From Candidatus Saccharimonadota bacterium (GTDB lineage Bacteria > Bacteroidota > Bacteroidia > Cytophagales > Amoebophilaceae), in the NCBI RefSeq assembly GCF_965196625.1, contig NZ_OZ239769.1, forward strand, positions 300,001 through 332,000: a DNA stretch of 32,000 bases, in the 5' to 3' direction. The notes under the pieces were generated by a model, which saw only the letters and a program-made list of their open reading frames with translations, searched no databases and was not told the origin of the DNA. The position numbers were made by a program, and so were the translations under genes. How positions within the stretch are numbered: the stretch's first letter is position 1; each line of letters begins with the position of its first letter. This document shows positions 1 through 7,953 of the stretch, piece by piece.

Positions 1-258
1 GCATAGGTATGGTTGTTATGGTATTAGTAGTGTGCGCTCTCAAAATAATGCCGCTAGACCCCATTAATAATGTGGCAAAATAAAAAATATACTTGCCATA
101 CATCTTACTTTTAGATAAAATCATAAAACTTCTAGCCAATTGAGTGCATAAAATGGATCTTTATATAGCTTATAAGATAAAGATAATATTGTTTTTGCTA
201 CAACAAATTTATGCTAAATGTGTATGATCCAATTTGATCTATTGCTATATCGATTGAT

Positions 259-1002
259 TTGAACGTGATAAAAATTTATAATGACATAGGGGTTTCTAAA
301 GAGAGCGTACAACATTGTTTATATAGCTGCAAGCTTCATCTCCCTAAAGATTACCGAGTGGGGTATATTTCTGCGCTGGAGATTATAGACGGAAGTGGAC
401 TTAAAGGCACACGTTTATTGATTCTACCGGGGGGCAGAGACCTCTATTATGTAAAAAGTTTACAAGGTAAAGGCGATCAGCAGATCCAAGATTATCTGTC
501 AAGTGGAGGCAACTTTCTTGGCATCTGTGCAGGTAGTTATTATAGTGGCACCTATCTAATCTTTGCGCAAGCGACCTCTATTGAAGTAGTAGGCCCTAGA
601 GGGCTTGGTTTATTTCAAGGTATAGTAAAAGGTCCTGTATTGGCCCCTTATTATTATGGGTCACATAAAGGAGCATCTGCTGCACGGGTTATAACCACCT
701 ATAGCCAAGAGGAAAAAGATTGTTATCTCTATTATAATGGGGGTGGTTACTTTGTTAATGCAGAAAACGTGGCCGATACAGTAGTTTTAGCTAGGTATAC
801 CAATAACCCTCTTGCCCAAGCAGCTATCATCCAGTGCCATTATGGGCTTGGAAATGTAGTTTTAAGTGGTATTCATCTGGAGTATGATCCTAACATGATG
901 CAAGAAGCAGCGCTTAAACAGATTCGGAAGACTTTAAAGGACTATAACGAAGCAAGAATTAAACTGTCCAAATATATATTGGCACTATTATCGATTGCAT
1001 AA
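259..1002 (+). CDS. BPL_N / class-I glutamine-amidotransferase-like domain protein
   Basis: 247-aa ORF with a TTG start at 259 (GTG at 265 is also possible). The blocks LLILPGGRDLYY and GGNFLGICAGSYYSG (G-x-C-x-G nucleophile elbow) match the biotin-protein-ligase N-terminal GATase-like fold as I recall it. No BirA catalytic domain follows. Confidence 0.5.
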   Translation: MNVIKIYNDIGVSKESVQHCLYSCKLHLPKDYRVGYISALEIIDGSGLKGTRLLILPGGRDLYYVKSLQGKGDQQIQDYLSSGGNFLGICAGSYYSGTYLIFAQATSIEVVGPRGLGLFQGIVKGPVLAPYYYGSHKGASAARVITTYSQEEKDCYLYYNGGGYFVNAENVADTVVLARYTNNPLAQAAIIQCHYGLGNVVLSGIHLEYDPNMMQEAALKQIRKTLKDYNEARIKLSKYILALLSIA

Positions 1003-1032
1003 TGCTTGTTTTTTATCGACTAGGTTATTTTT

Positions 1033-1968
1033 TTATGGAACGGCACCGAAATTCCTCTTTTGATCTTGGAAGAAGATTAAAGCTTCCATTAGATTTTCTT
1101 TTTTGAAATCTGGCCAATATAAGTCTGTAAAGTACAGCTCTGAATAAGCAGATTGCCAGGGTAAAAAATTACTTATGCGTTTTTTTCCACCTGTGCGTAT
1201 CAGTAGGTCAATATCGGGTAACTGGCTTGTATTTAAATATTTTTTATAGATATCTGGCGTAATCTTGGCGCGATAATCATGGGCAAACTTTATAAAATGT
1301 TTAAAACGAGAACGCTCATTAAAACCTTTTTTTAAAAATTCCTTAACAATTTTATCTAAGAATTCATTCACAATAGCCTCGGAAGCAGCTACTGCTTCTG
1401 CTTGCCCTCCGTAGTTAATGGCAACCGTTAAGTGCAACGCCGTGTTGTCCTTTGTAAGTGCTATCACCTCTTTCAATTTATCCCAGCAAAAACTAGGTAT
1501 CCCTTCTTTATCCCCAACTACACGAAATTTAATGTTATGCTCAGTAAAAAGGTGGATATTCTCAGAAAGGCTTTCAGCTATCACGCTAAAAATAGTTTTT
1601 ACTTCTTGCTCTGGTCGGCTCCAGTTTTCAGTGGAAAAAGCATAGAGGGTTAAATGGGAAATGCCTTGCTCTAAACATCCAGTTATTGCTTCATTTACAG
1701 CTTTTTTTGCACTTTTATGTCCATAAGATCGGTCGCCTTTTGCTTTTTTGCCCCATCTTCCGTTGCCATCCATAATAATGGCAATATGTTTTGGTTTTTT
1801 TTGCAAGCTAGGCGATTTGTTTAGCTCATATGTATTGGAAAAAGAGGTATGGCTGGACAATAGCATCAATAGCAATAGGCCAATTGTAAAGAGCTTCTTA
1901 TAGACAATCGCTGCAATAAAGGAGCGTGTGTGTTTTTTGTCTGTCATTATGGAAAACGGGTTATGCAT
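1033..1968 (-). CDS. uppS: undecaprenyl-diphosphate synthase (cis-prenyltransferase) with N-terminal membrane segment
   Basis: UppS signature blocks are present: HIAIIMDGNGRWGKK, LYAFSTENWSRP and LLIRTGG..RISNFLPWQSAYSELYF. The track ORF starts at 2097, but its first 43 codons look non-coding. An ATG at 1968 (or 1947) is more plausible. Confidence 0.9.
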   Translation of the reverse strand: MHNPFSIMTDKKHTRSFIAAIVYKKLFTIGLLLLMLLSSHTSFSNTYELNKSPSLQKKPKHIAIIMDGNGRWGKKAKGDRSYGHKSAKKAVNEAITGCLEQGISHLTLYAFSTENWSRPEQEVKTIFSVIAESLSENIHLFTEHNIKFRVVGDKEGIPSFCWDKLKEVIALTKDNTALHLTVAINYGGQAEAVAASEAIVNEFLDKIVKEFLKKGFNERSRFKHFIKFAHDYRAKITPDIYKKYLNTSQLPDIDLLIRTGGKKRISNFLPWQSAYSELYFTDLYWPDFKKENLMEALIFFQDQKRNFGAVP

Positions 1969-2161
1969 CTGGTATAAATACTTTTTTATCTTACAACCAC
2001 ACCATCTAACACAGCTAGAAAATAAAGTACAGAGGCAGGACCTCACTACTGGTGAGGATACAAAACCAAATTTAACAAAAATTATAATAAGGATCAAAAA
2101 GAGCGTGGATAGATATTGCCATCTGGTTTTCCATAGCTACGGATCAGGGTAAGAAGAAGGC

Positions 2162-2818
2162 TTAGGTTGGTAGTACATGTGGCCGGTGGATGGCCATATG
2201 GGCTATAATATCTTTGATTAACTCAGGGGTATTTCCATCCTCTTGCTTGATCTGTAAATAAGGGCATATTTTTAGTTGAAAGGCTTGTTGGTAAGCTTCT
2301 TGAATGGCTTCAAAGCGTTTTTGGGACATTTGATCAAACATATCTTGTTCACTTCTGTTCTGGTTGCGCCGTTGGAAGGTAGCAAAATCTATATCGCAGT
2401 ATATACATAGATCGGGCATTAAACCAGAAAAAATACGATGGGTAGTTAAAAAAGGCGCCCAATAATCAGGTTGATGAGTGAGTTGATAGGCTATGGTAGA
2501 AAAAATAAACCGGTCAAAGATAACCACATCTACGTCATCTACCAATGCTTCTTTATAGATCAGTTCATGGCGTGCTGCTAAAAAAAGAAAAAATTCTGTA
2601 ATAGGGTGCGCATGCGCTTGCTTAATGGTTAAGATGGTTTGCCAAATCGCTTGCGCATTTTTACTCCCTTTGGGATCATGTAGCAACTTTACACGGTAAG
2701 ATTGCTCTGTTAAGATAGATTGGATGTGGTGGGCTAATGTCGTCTTCCCAGAAAAGTCTACGCCTTCAATAACTAAAATAAACCGGCCAGGTTGTTTAGG
2801 GTTTGTGAAATTTTCCAT
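2162..2818 (-). CDS. tmk: thymidylate (dTMP) kinase
   Basis: P-loop IEGVDFSGKTT and the FDRFIFSTIAYQ block are typical of dTMP kinases. The length of 218 aa fits. Confidence 0.85.
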   Translation of the reverse strand: MENFTNPKQPGRFILVIEGVDFSGKTTLAHHIQSILTEQSYRVKLLHDPKGSKNAQAIWQTILTIKQAHAHPITEFFLFLAARHELIYKEALVDDVDVVIFDRFIFSTIAYQLTHQPDYWAPFLTTHRIFSGLMPDLCIYCDIDFATFQRRNQNRSEQDMFDQMSQKRFEAIQEAYQQAFQLKICPYLQIKQEDGNTPELIKDIIAHMAIHRPHVLPT

Positions 2819-3011
2819 ACACTTGTTTTGCGATTAAGGCTAAAAAAACAATTGACCTTCTTTCGAAATGCTACTCGAAAAAAGGCTATGTCTACCACCT
2901 AAAAATACAAATAAATCCACTACCGATTAAAAAGTTAAGTTTTCCTTAAAATTAGGTATATTGCACTCCGACCATTCAGTTATAAAGTAGTACAAGCATG
3001 GTTTATAAGTG

Positions 3012-3884
3012 ATGAGCGCTATTCAAGATTTTTTTTCTTTTTCTGATCCAAACGTCCGAAACGTCCTGTTGGGAACCATCTTGCTGAGTACGAGTAGCGC
3101 TATGATTGGTGTATTTGCCCTGCTAAAAAGAAAGACTTTAATCAGTGATGCAGTTGCACATGCCGTACTTCCTGGCACTTGTTTGGCTTTTTTTCTAACG
3201 GGCGAAAAAAGTTCTATTTGGCTAATTATAGCTGCTTTTATTACAGGTTGGTTGGCCTCGATGGCGATTGATGCAATAACCGCTCATTCAAAAATAAAAC
3301 AAGATGCGGCGATTGCTATTGTGGCTTCTGTAGCTTTTGGCTTTGGTAGCTTTTTGCTATCTATGCTGCAACATAGTGGTCAAGCAAGTCAAGGAGGGCT
3401 AAAATCTTTTTTATTGGGTAGTGCTGCAACGCTACTCAGAGCGGATGTGGTTGTATTATTGTGGTTGAGTGGTATTATCATTTTAGTTTTATGCTTGTTT
3501 TTTAAAGAGTTTATGGTCATTGCTTTTGATCGTCTTTTTGCCAAATCTATAGGGCTTCCTGTGAAAAGGATGGATTTTTTATTTACCAGTTTAATGGTGC
3601 TGGCCATTGTAATTGGCATAAGGGCGGTAGGTGTAGTGTTGATGAGTGCTATGCTCATTACGCCAGCTACTACTGCACGGTTCTGGACGGCTAATATTTC
3701 CTATATTATGATTTTGGCTGCATTGATTGCTTTTTTTTCTTCATTATCAGGAACTTTTATTTCTTATATAATCCCTTCTATGCCTACTGGGCCTTGGATT
3801 GTACTTATTATGTCACTTACAGCCTATTTTTCTTTTCTTATTGCTTGGGCTTATCGGGTATTTAGAAAGAAATCGATAGAATAG
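3012..3884 (+). CDS. metal (Zn/Mn-type) ABC transporter permease, ABC-3 family
   Basis: Polytopic membrane ORF with an ABC-3 (ZnuB/MntB/TroC-like) N-terminal block DPNVRN..LG..L...S..IG.F..L.R..LISDAVAHAVLPG. The GTG at 3009 is followed directly by an ATG at 3012. Confidence 0.8.
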   Translation: MSAIQDFFSFSDPNVRNVLLGTILLSTSSAMIGVFALLKRKTLISDAVAHAVLPGTCLAFFLTGEKSSIWLIIAAFITGWLASMAIDAITAHSKIKQDAAIAIVASVAFGFGSFLLSMLQHSGQASQGGLKSFLLGSAATLLRADVVVLLWLSGIIILVLCLFFKEFMVIAFDRLFAKSIGLPVKRMDFLFTSLMVLAIVIGIRAVGVVLMSAMLITPATTARFWTANISYIMILAALIAFFSSLSGTFISYIIPSMPTGPWIVLIMSLTAYFSFLIAWAYRVFRKKSIE

Positions 3885-3891
3885 ATTGTGT

Positions 3892-4362
3892 ATGATGCCG
3901 CTTACGTTGCCTGCTTTTGATTTTAAAATCAAACAAGCATTAGATAAAACCTATATTTTAGACCTGGTGCGTAAAAAATATGTCTTACTTACGCCAGAAG
4001 AATGGGTGCGTCAACATATGTTGCATTATTTGATTGATCATCTTGCATATCCCAAGGGGTTGTGTTGTTTGGAGAAAAGAATATATACAGCAGACAGGTA
4101 TTATAGGCCTGATATTATCATCTGCAATAAATCTGGTGTGGCCAAAATGATGGTAGAATGTAAAGCACCTTACATCACACTGACCAATGAAACCTTAGGG
4201 CAAATGATGCAATACAATCGGCAACTTATGGTCGATCATTTAGTAGTAACCAATGGCATAAACCATTTTTGTTGGCAGTGGGAAGCAACTTTAAACCAAT
4301 TTCGGGCTATAAGCTATATTCCAACCTATCAAGGCATCGATAGTAGTTCGCTAGTCTGCTGA
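3892..4362 (+). CDS. type I restriction enzyme HsdR N-terminal (HSDR_N) domain-only protein
   Basis: The blocks VLLTPEEWVRQH, PDIIIC...MMVECKAP and LVVTNGINHFCWQ match the small stand-alone HSDR_N proteins common in Bacteroidota. TTG at 3886; ATG at 3892 is more likely. Confidence 0.75.
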   Translation: MMPLTLPAFDFKIKQALDKTYILDLVRKKYVLLTPEEWVRQHMLHYLIDHLAYPKGLCCLEKRIYTADRYYRPDIIICNKSGVAKMMVECKAPYITLTNETLGQMMQYNRQLMVDHLVVTNGINHFCWQWEATLNQFRAISYIPTYQGIDSSSLVC

Positions 4363-4510
4363 TGGCTAGGCGAACCACTAAGTTAATGGCTGTTAGATGA
4401 CCTTGCAACTACTACCCCTTAAGTTAACGCCGTTAAGTAACGGAAACTGTAATAGGCATAAAAAGCAAGTTTAGGGAAATATATAAGCCTAAAGTTTAAG
4501 AGTAAAATTT

Positions 4511-5842
4511 GAGCCTGTAAATTATTTTGTGTAAGTGCCGTTTTTTAGGAGAATCTTCCCTCAAATTCGATAGCGAATCGATTCAGAGCCGCTCTCCAAT
4601 CATGTAAAGACATAGTCCACTTTTGTGATGCCTTCTGTATGGCTAAATATACTACTTTTAATGCAGATTGGTCATTAGGAAAAATTTTACGGTTATTGAT
4701 AGATTTTCTAATAACGCTATTGAGTGATTCAATGGCATTGGTCGTATAAATAATTTTTCGTATTTCATCAGGATAGTCAAAAATAGTTATAATGTTGCTC
4801 CAATTTTTATGCCATGAACGACTAATAGCTGGATATTTTTTATCCCATTTTTCACTAAAAATAAGAAGTGCTTCTTCCGCTTGCTCAAGAGAAATAGCGC
4901 GATAAATAACTTTAAGATCCGATGCGACGGACTTCATGTCCTTATAGGGTACATAACGTAACGAATTACGAATAAGATGAACAATGCATAACTGAATTTT
5001 GGTTTTTGGAAATACTGTATTAATAGCATCTGGAAATCCGGTTAATCCATCAACACAAGCAATAAAAATATCCTTAATGCCACGATTATTTAACTCAGTT
5101 AATACTGAGAGCCAAAATTTTGCACCTTCGGTTTCTGCTATCCACAAACCAAGTAATTCTTTTTGCCCTTGACAATTAATGGCTAATGCCAAATAAATTG
5201 ATTTGTTGATTACGCGTTTATCTTGATGACACTTGATAACGATACAATCTAAATACAATATGGGATATACTGTTTCTAATGGACGATTCTGCCAAACAGT
5301 AATCTCCTCAATAACAGATTCAGTTACTTTCGAAATTAAACTGTGTGATACCTCTGTACCATACAGCTCTTTGAATGTATCTGAAATATCTCTGGTAGTC
5401 ATCCCTCTAGCATAAAGAGCCAAAATTTGTTCATCAAATTCAGTGAAGCGAGTTTGCCCTTTGCGAATGATTTGAGGATCGAACGTGCTGTTTCGGTCAC
5501 GTGGCGTATTAATTTCCATTTCGCCAAAATCACCCTTTAATCGCTTAGGAGAGTAACCATTACGGCTATTTCCCGTGTTCCTGCCTTCTATAGCATGCTT
5601 TTCATAGCCAAGATGATCCTCTAATTCTGCATCCATAGCACGTTCTACCGTGATTTTTAATAGTTGCTTGCTGAGAATAGCTAAATCTTTTTCACTCTTA
5701 ATAGACTTCGACAATTCATTTAGTAGATTTGGATCTATATTTATTTGTTGTTGTTCCATTGCTTATGACTCATTTATAACTAACGATTTAATCCGTTAGA
5801 TTAGTTAATAATAAGCATTTACACAATTTTATTTACAAACTC
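4511..5842 (-). mobile_element. IS256-family insertion sequence, full-length copy A (1332 bp)
   Basis: The ends are imperfect ~28-bp terminal inverted repeats, GAGTTTGTAAATAAAATTGTGTAAATGC and GAGCCTGTAAATTATTTTGTGTAAGTGC (22/28 matching). It carries a single 404-aa mutator-type transposase ORF. The ends I compared are identical to copy B at 26949..28280. Confidence 0.9.
4545..5759 (-). CDS. IS256-family (mutator-type) transposase
   Basis: 404 aa, typical IS256 transposase length and blocks (YPILYLDCIVIK, ACVDGLTGFP, IQLCIVHLIRNS, YTTNAIESLN). The protein is identical to ORF 27032..28246. Confidence 0.92.
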   Translation of the reverse strand: MEQQQINIDPNLLNELSKSIKSEKDLAILSKQLLKITVERAMDAELEDHLGYEKHAIEGRNTGNSRNGYSPKRLKGDFGEMEINTPRDRNSTFDPQIIRKGQTRFTEFDEQILALYARGMTTRDISDTFKELYGTEVSHSLISKVTESVIEEITVWQNRPLETVYPILYLDCIVIKCHQDKRVINKSIYLALAINCQGQKELLGLWIAETEGAKFWLSVLTELNNRGIKDIFIACVDGLTGFPDAINTVFPKTKIQLCIVHLIRNSLRYVPYKDMKSVASDLKVIYRAISLEQAEEALLIFSEKWDKKYPAISRSWHKNWSNIITIFDYPDEIRKIIYTTNAIESLNSVIRKSINNRKIFPNDQSALKVVYLAIQKASQKWTMSLHDWRAALNRFAIEFEGRFS

Positions 5843-6476
5843 TGGATAGCAGAAACCGAAGGTGCAAAATTTTGGCTCTCAGTATTAACTGAGTTAAATA
5901 ATCGTGGCATTAAGGATATTTTTATTGCTTGTGTTGATGGATTAACCGGATTTCCAGATGCTATTAATACAGTATTTCCAAAAACCAAAATTCAGTTATG
6001 CATTGTTCATCTTATTCGTAATTCGTTACGTTATGTACCCTATAAGGACATGAAGTCCGTCGCATCGGATCTTAAAGTTATTTATCGCGCTATTTCTCTT
6101 GAGCAAGCGGAAGAAGCACTTCTTATTTTTAGTGAAAAATGGGATAAAAAATATCCAGCTATTAGTCGTTCATGGCATAAAAATTGGAGCAACATTATAA
6201 CTATTTTTGACTATCCTGATGAAATACGAAAAATTATTTATACGACCAATGCCATTGAATCACTCAATAGCGTTATTAGAAAATCTATCAATAACCGTAA
6301 AATTTTTCCTAATGACCAATCTGCATTAAAAGTAGTATATTTAGCCATACAGAAGGCATCACAAAAGTGGACTATGTCTTTACATGATTGGAGAGCGGCT
6401 CTGAATCGATTCGCTATCGAATTTGAGGGAAGATTCTCCTAAAAAACGGCACTTACACAAAATAATTTACAGGCTC
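5843..6476 (+). mobile_element. truncated IS256-family copy (3' 634 bp only), abutting copy A head-to-head
   Basis: The sequence from 5843 (tggatagcagaaacc...) equals positions 27647..28280 of copy B, including the right IR ending at 6476. ORF 6050..6442 is the C-terminal 130 aa of the transposase. Confidence 0.9.
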
Positions 6477-6676
6477 TGTCTAATGTTGCAGAATTTTTTG
6501 ATAAAAAGTACAATGCACATAAGGTCGAGGTCTATTTTTCTGCTGAAATATGTGTAGACAAGCTTCCTAAAGATTGGTTAGATCAAGATGGCCCGGTTAA
6601 AACTTATCAATTTTTTGATGTTGAAGCCTTGCAAGACATCCATGTTGTACCAGCCTTTTTAAAGACAGGGAAGTAA
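6477..6676 (+). pseudogene. 3' fragment of a NUDIX hydrolase paralogue, truncated by the IS
   Basis: Alignable by eye to 7407..7621 of the NUDIX gene, with nucleotide similarity continuing to about 6716 versus 7645. It reads VAEFFDKKYNAHKVEVYFSAEI..LPKDWLDQDGPVKTYQFFDVEALQDIHVVPAFLKTGK*. There is no 5' part and no start codon. Confidence 0.8.
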
Positions 6677-6765
6677 TTAAATTTTGGTCTTGATGTTTAT
6701 CAAGGATCAGAACATGGTGCTCTAGTGTCTCAATGCTAGTATCCCAAGGATCTGTTTCCCTCACA

Positions 6766-6784
6766 CAATGGCGTCAACTTAAGG
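6766..6784. repeat. solo copy of the 17-19-nt core repeat (CAATGGCGTCAACTTAAGG)
   Basis: Exact 19-mer also present at 14647..14665. The reverse complement is at 22310..22328. Confidence 0.85.
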
Positions 6785-6798
6785 AGTATATTTTTTTA

Positions 6799-6844
6799 GG
6801 GTCTTGTACTAGCAAAACGAATATAGTTTTGCTAGTCAAGACCC
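6799..6844. terminator. long near-perfect hairpin (20-bp stem, 7-nt loop), possible bidirectional terminator
   Basis: GGGTCTTGTACTAGCAAAAC gaatata GTTTTGCTAGTCAAGACCC has one mismatch or bulge. It is preceded by a T7 run and followed by ATAATTTTT. Confidence 0.3.
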
Positions 6845-7213
6845 ATAATTTTTAGCCTGCTGATGTATTATGTAAGGCAGCCAATCCGCAAAATACGGAC
6901 ACTTATAGAGAGAAAGATGACTTTAAATGGGTTTCATGTGATAGTTTATGCACGGTCGAGCACAATCTTTGTGTAAAGGATATAGATGGTAATGCGTATA
7001 CGTTTACGTTAAGAACGTTTTTCTATGATGCATTGAAACGAGATTCATTCCTGGTAAAATTAAAATCTGTAATGTAATTATAATTGAAGCATATAAACCA
7101 TAACGCATGGTTTATTTATTATAAATAGATGGGAATGATTCTATAGTATGCTTTATCACATAATGGATCTAATAGGTGCTTAGCATTGAAATTATATAAA
7201 CAAACATAACAAA

Positions 7214-7621
7214 ATGAAAGATTATACTTTACAAGTAACAGCTAGAGCGCTAATAGTAAAAAACAGGCAATTGTTACTTGTCAGCAATGATTATAAGCTT
7301 TGGTATACACCTGGTGGGCACTTAAACCCAAGTGAAATGCTTTCAGAGTGTATGGTAAGAGAAGTAAAGGAAGAAACTGGAATTGATGTTAAACCAAACC
7401 AGATTGTCTATGTTGCAGAATTTTTTGATAAAAAATATAGTGTACATAAGATAGAAGTCTACTTTACTGCAGAAATAGTTGTAGATGAGCTTCCTAAAGA
7501 TTGGTTAGATCAAGATGGCCCGGTTAAAACCTATCAATTTTTTGATATTGAAGCCCTTGCAAGACATCCATGTTGTACCAGCTTTTTTAAAAACAGGAAA
7601 ATGGTTAAATCTTGGTATTAA
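7214..7621 (+). CDS. NUDIX hydrolase (C-terminus apparently frame-shifted)
   Basis: The Nudix box GGHLNPSEMLSECMVREVKEETGI fits GX5EX7REUXEEXGU. See the finding on the extra C at 7556..7558. Confidence 0.8.
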   Translation: MKDYTLQVTARALIVKNRQLLLVSNDYKLWYTPGGHLNPSEMLSECMVREVKEETGIDVKPNQIVYVAEFFDKKYSVHKIEVYFTAEIVVDELPKDWLDQDGPVKTYQFFDIEALARHPCCTSFFKNRKMVKSWY

Positions 7622-7802
7622 CGTTTATCAAGGATCAGAAACGCGATAAGGTAATATGTAGTAATCAAGATCTAACCTTACAGTTAATAAAAATAGGCTT
7701 TCAGGTTGTCGGTTTAATCTTATATCAGCTATGCTTTTAAAATACAAGACGCGGATATGTTACCTAGTTTTAGCTCATTCTAATAAGTCTAATTTCGGGT
7801 TT

Positions 7803-7897
7803 AAAGAACAAGCCGAGTATCGCGCTGCTACAACCACTTTACCTTTGCTTCTTTCCAGACCTGGAGGATTCAGTAGGAGCTAGCCGTATCGGCTTGT
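7803..7897 (-). ncRNA. ffs: candidate signal recognition particle RNA (small 4.5S type)
   Basis: The minus-strand transcript folds as one long hairpin, with ends CAAGCCGA...UCGGCUUG followed by UUCUUU. Its apex reads CCAGGUCUGGAAAGAAGCAAAGG. The E. coli/B. subtilis domain IV core is CAGGUCCGGAAGGAAGCAGC. CAGGUC, the GGAA tetraloop and GAAGCA are conserved. The one stem difference is a compensatory C-G to U-A change. Confidence 0.6.
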
Positions 7898-7902
7898 CCT
7901 AA

Positions 7903-7910
7903 CAAATTTA
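7903..7910 (-). promoter_or_regulatory. Bacteroidota-type -7 promoter box TAAATTTG (TAnnTTTG) in front of the candidate ffs
   Basis: The minus strand reads ...TACTAAATTTGTTAGGA|CAAGCCG. The box ends about 6 nt before the first base of the RNA hairpin. Confidence 0.45.
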
Positions 7911-7953
7911 GTATTTTTTTATCGAAATCAAAAAAAACACCTTAGCTATTAGC

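Noticed and set aside
1-103. Possible 5' end of a minus-strand gene (MYGKYIFYFATLLMGSSGIILRAH...) running off the left edge.
   Set aside because: Only 34 codons are visible. It is hydrophobic and plausible, but there is too little sequence to call.
6851-7078. About 75 codons of open frame ending in ..FLVKLKSVM* on the plus strand.
   Set aside because: It has no ATG, GTG or TTG start in frame after the upstream TAG and no recognisable domain. It is possibly a gene remnant but cannot be supported.
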